The notes beneath the pieces are model-generated. The model saw nothing but the letters and a program-made list of their open reading frames with translations, was not told the origin of the DNA and ran no database searches. Positions 35,340 to 37,238 of a stretch of 37,238 bases of DNA are shown one piece after another. This DNA is from an uncultured Bacilli bacterium (GTDB taxonomy: Bacteria > Bacillota_I > Bacilli_A > RF39 > UBA660): contig CALVJC010000068.1 of assembly GCA_944331945.1 (NCBI GenBank), positions 1 through 37,238 of the forward strand, written 5' to 3'. The position numbers were made by a program, and so were the translations under genes. The stretch's first letter is position 1, and every line of letters begins with the position of its first letter.

Positions 35340-37199
35340 ATGCAATATGTTCCGCTAGTGGATATTCAAAAAGATCTTGTTTCTGTTTCGGATTTAAAGG
35401 ATGAACGATTGAAGATGGTTTCTATGATTGCAGTGGGAGAATCTTATACTCTTGCACAGTATCCGGATATTACTTTTTGCTATCATTCCAAAGAAAAGCC
35501 TTTTACGCTTCAAGATGATGTTTTTGCAGGTCAAATTTTATATATTAATCCGGAATATTATCAAGAGCATAAAGAGGAAGTAGACTTAGAACTTTCTCAT
35601 CTTTTGGCATCTGTACAGGGGAAAGAGCTTATTGTAGGTAAGAGTTTTATTAATGAGAAAACGGCTTTGGGAATCGCTCAAAATCAAAATCTTACGGAAG
35701 TGAGTTTGCAAAATTATTCTTTAGAAAAAAATGTCTTTGATCTTTTGAGTCAAAGTAAAAGTATTAAAAAAATTATAACTCCAAGTGTGGAAAGTGAGCT
35801 TGCCAATAGTTATGATCCAAGAATTGCTTATCGGATGAATCAGAAGATAGGGATAGGAACTCGATTCAATACTTTGGAAATGTTATTGACGAGTAAGGCG
35901 ATTAGCGTTGATAGTTGTGATTTGGAAGAAGTTTTCGACGTATTAAAACATCGGAATAAGGATTTACCGCAATTTATTGATATTAAAGTGACGGATTATT
36001 CTTTCTTAGAAAGTTTTGTCAAGAATATTGATTCTTTGTATGCGGGTGGTCCTTCTAAAGAAGATGAGGTTTTATCTGAATCAACATCAAATTCTTTTGA
36101 GGATAATCTAGGGCCAGTCACTGTTTCTTTTGAATTAGATCCGGTGAATATTGACCTTTCTGTTTTAAAACGGATAGAGGAAAGGGAATGTGAAAATATT
36201 CGGAAGATGATTAAGGAGAATTCTGAAACGTTATCTTTTTCTCAAACGATTCAGACAGAAGAAAAAATAAGATCTTTGTTGGAGCCTGTTATGGCAATTC
36301 AGGATCAACTTTCTCCTTTTGAATTATATACAAAATTGTATGAAGTTGCCAAAGATTTTAAGTCCTATCAAAAAGAAGATGAGAAAATAATGAGTCCTTG
36401 GGAATCTCGCTCTGTGTCTAATATTTTATTCAATGATTATATTGTTTGTGCTGGTTATGTTAATTTATTGCAAACATTTTGTCATCGTTTTGGTTTGGAT
36501 ACAAGCGATATGCATCTTTCTGTTATGCATGAAGAACAAGAAAATGTTGCTGTATCGGGTCATGCTAGATTACTGGTTCATATAAAAGATGAAAAATATG
36601 GTATTGATGGAGTTTATGTTAGTGATCCTACTTGGGATTCGATGGGAGATTATAAATATAATCATCTATTGATGACTTTTGAAGAGGTTGGACGCGAAAG
36701 AGATTCGGAAGGAATTTTTGATGTTACTTTCCATCCTTATGATTTTTTAAAAGTGAAAACGAAAGAAGAATTGGATGAAATGTTAAAGAATCCTACTCTT
36801 CGGGAAATGTTTCGAAAGTTGCCTACTTCGTTGCGGTCTATTGATAAAGGTGAGTTTTTAAGCTCTTGTGGATATGATTATAATCTAGAAAAAGAAGAGA
36901 CAAAAGAAAAATTAAAAGATTATTGTGTTTCGTTTCAGCAGGAACCAGTTGGTGGGGATAAGATTTTATCTTCTCTTGTTCATATTTATCAGTTAGAACA
37001 TAAAGAGGCTACGGAAGAAGAGATGATCGCTCATTTTCGGCCGATTCGGGAAAATTTGAAAAAGCTTGAGGATATTTACTATCCGACGATTGAAACGGTT
37101 TCAAGAAGAGGGAGAGCTTTTGATTTTGTAAAGAATAAATATGATAGTGCGAATGTGGAGCAGATCGTTCAAGAGGAAGTTCGAAGTGCTAAGATATAG
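35340..37199 (+). CDS. Large hypothetical protein with a C-terminal transglutaminase-like Cys-His-Asp core
   Basis: YIVCAGYVNLLQTFCHRFGLDT ... SGHARLLVHIKD ... GVYVSDPTWDS matches the transglutaminase-like cysteine protease fold pattern (C...H...D). The N-terminal ~350 aa is unrecognised. ATG at 35340 follows AGGTGAAGGA. Confidence 0.6.
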   Translation: MQYVPLVDIQKDLVSVSDLKDERLKMVSMIAVGESYTLAQYPDITFCYHSKEKPFTLQDDVFAGQILYINPEYYQEHKEEVDLELSHLLASVQGKELIVGKSFINEKTALGIAQNQNLTEVSLQNYSLEKNVFDLLSQSKSIKKIITPSVESELANSYDPRIAYRMNQKIGIGTRFNTLEMLLTSKAISVDSCDLEEVFDVLKHRNKDLPQFIDIKVTDYSFLESFVKNIDSLYAGGPSKEDEVLSESTSNSFEDNLGPVTVSFELDPVNIDLSVLKRIEERECENIRKMIKENSETLSFSQTIQTEEKIRSLLEPVMAIQDQLSPFELYTKLYEVAKDFKSYQKEDEKIMSPWESRSVSNILFNDYIVCAGYVNLLQTFCHRFGLDTSDMHLSVMHEEQENVAVSGHARLLVHIKDEKYGIDGVYVSDPTWDSMGDYKYNHLLMTFEEVGRERDSEGIFDVTFHPYDFLKVKTKEELDEMLKNPTLREMFRKLPTSLRSIDKGEFLSSCGYDYNLEKEETKEKLKDYCVSFQQEPVGGDKILSSLVHIYQLEHKEATEEEMIAHFRPIRENLKKLEDIYYPTIETVSRRGRAFDFVKNKYDSANVEQIVQEEVRSAKI

Positions 37200-37238
37200 C
37201 ATTTCTTTTTATTTTGGTTTATACTCTTGGTAAGAGAG

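Noticed and set aside
1-37238. I searched for CRISPR arrays, IS elements or transposases, integrases or recombinases, prophage structural genes and rRNA.
   Set aside because: I noticed no regularly spaced repeats and no DDE or tyrosine/serine recombinase motifs in any ORF of 60 aa or more. No rRNA-like conserved blocks were seen.

Overview
Chromosomal window from a low-GC Gram-positive bacterium (Bacillota, Erysipelotrichia/Clostridia-like). It uses the standard genetic code (tRNA-Trp has anticodon CCA, TGA is used as a stop) and carries the spore-germination gene cwlJ. Most of the window is housekeeping backbone with Bacillus-like synteny. It holds the 3' end of a P-type ATPase, a Tyr T-box leader -> HAD hydrolase -> tyrS, a polysaccharide deacetylase, rpsD with a long leader, ezrA and several membrane proteins. 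It also holds a complete Bce-type peptide-antibiotic module (RR-HK-ABC ATPase-FtsX permease, with a perfect TTACA-N4-TGTAA box), a DUF3048 protein, tRNA-Trp, cwlJ, pta-DUF1848, pgi, a 2528-aa three-module cyclic beta-1,2-glucan synthase and a transglutaminase-like protein. The stand-out is a ~4.5 kb four-gene segment (about 18.2-22.7 kb) with codon usage distinct from the rest, abutting the 3' end of tRNA-Trp. It encodes an RsgA-like GTPase, a shikimate-kinase-fold P-loop protein and a bicistronic split HipA-family kinase module. The second gene of that module fuses a HipS-like (HipA N-subdomain) region to a HIRAN DNA-end-binding domain, and no HipB-type HTH gene is present. I rate this as the best candidate for an uncharacterised toxin-antitoxin or abortive-infection-type system. 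I saw no CRISPR array, rRNA, transposase or integrase. All calls come from reading motifs by eye; no database search was possible.
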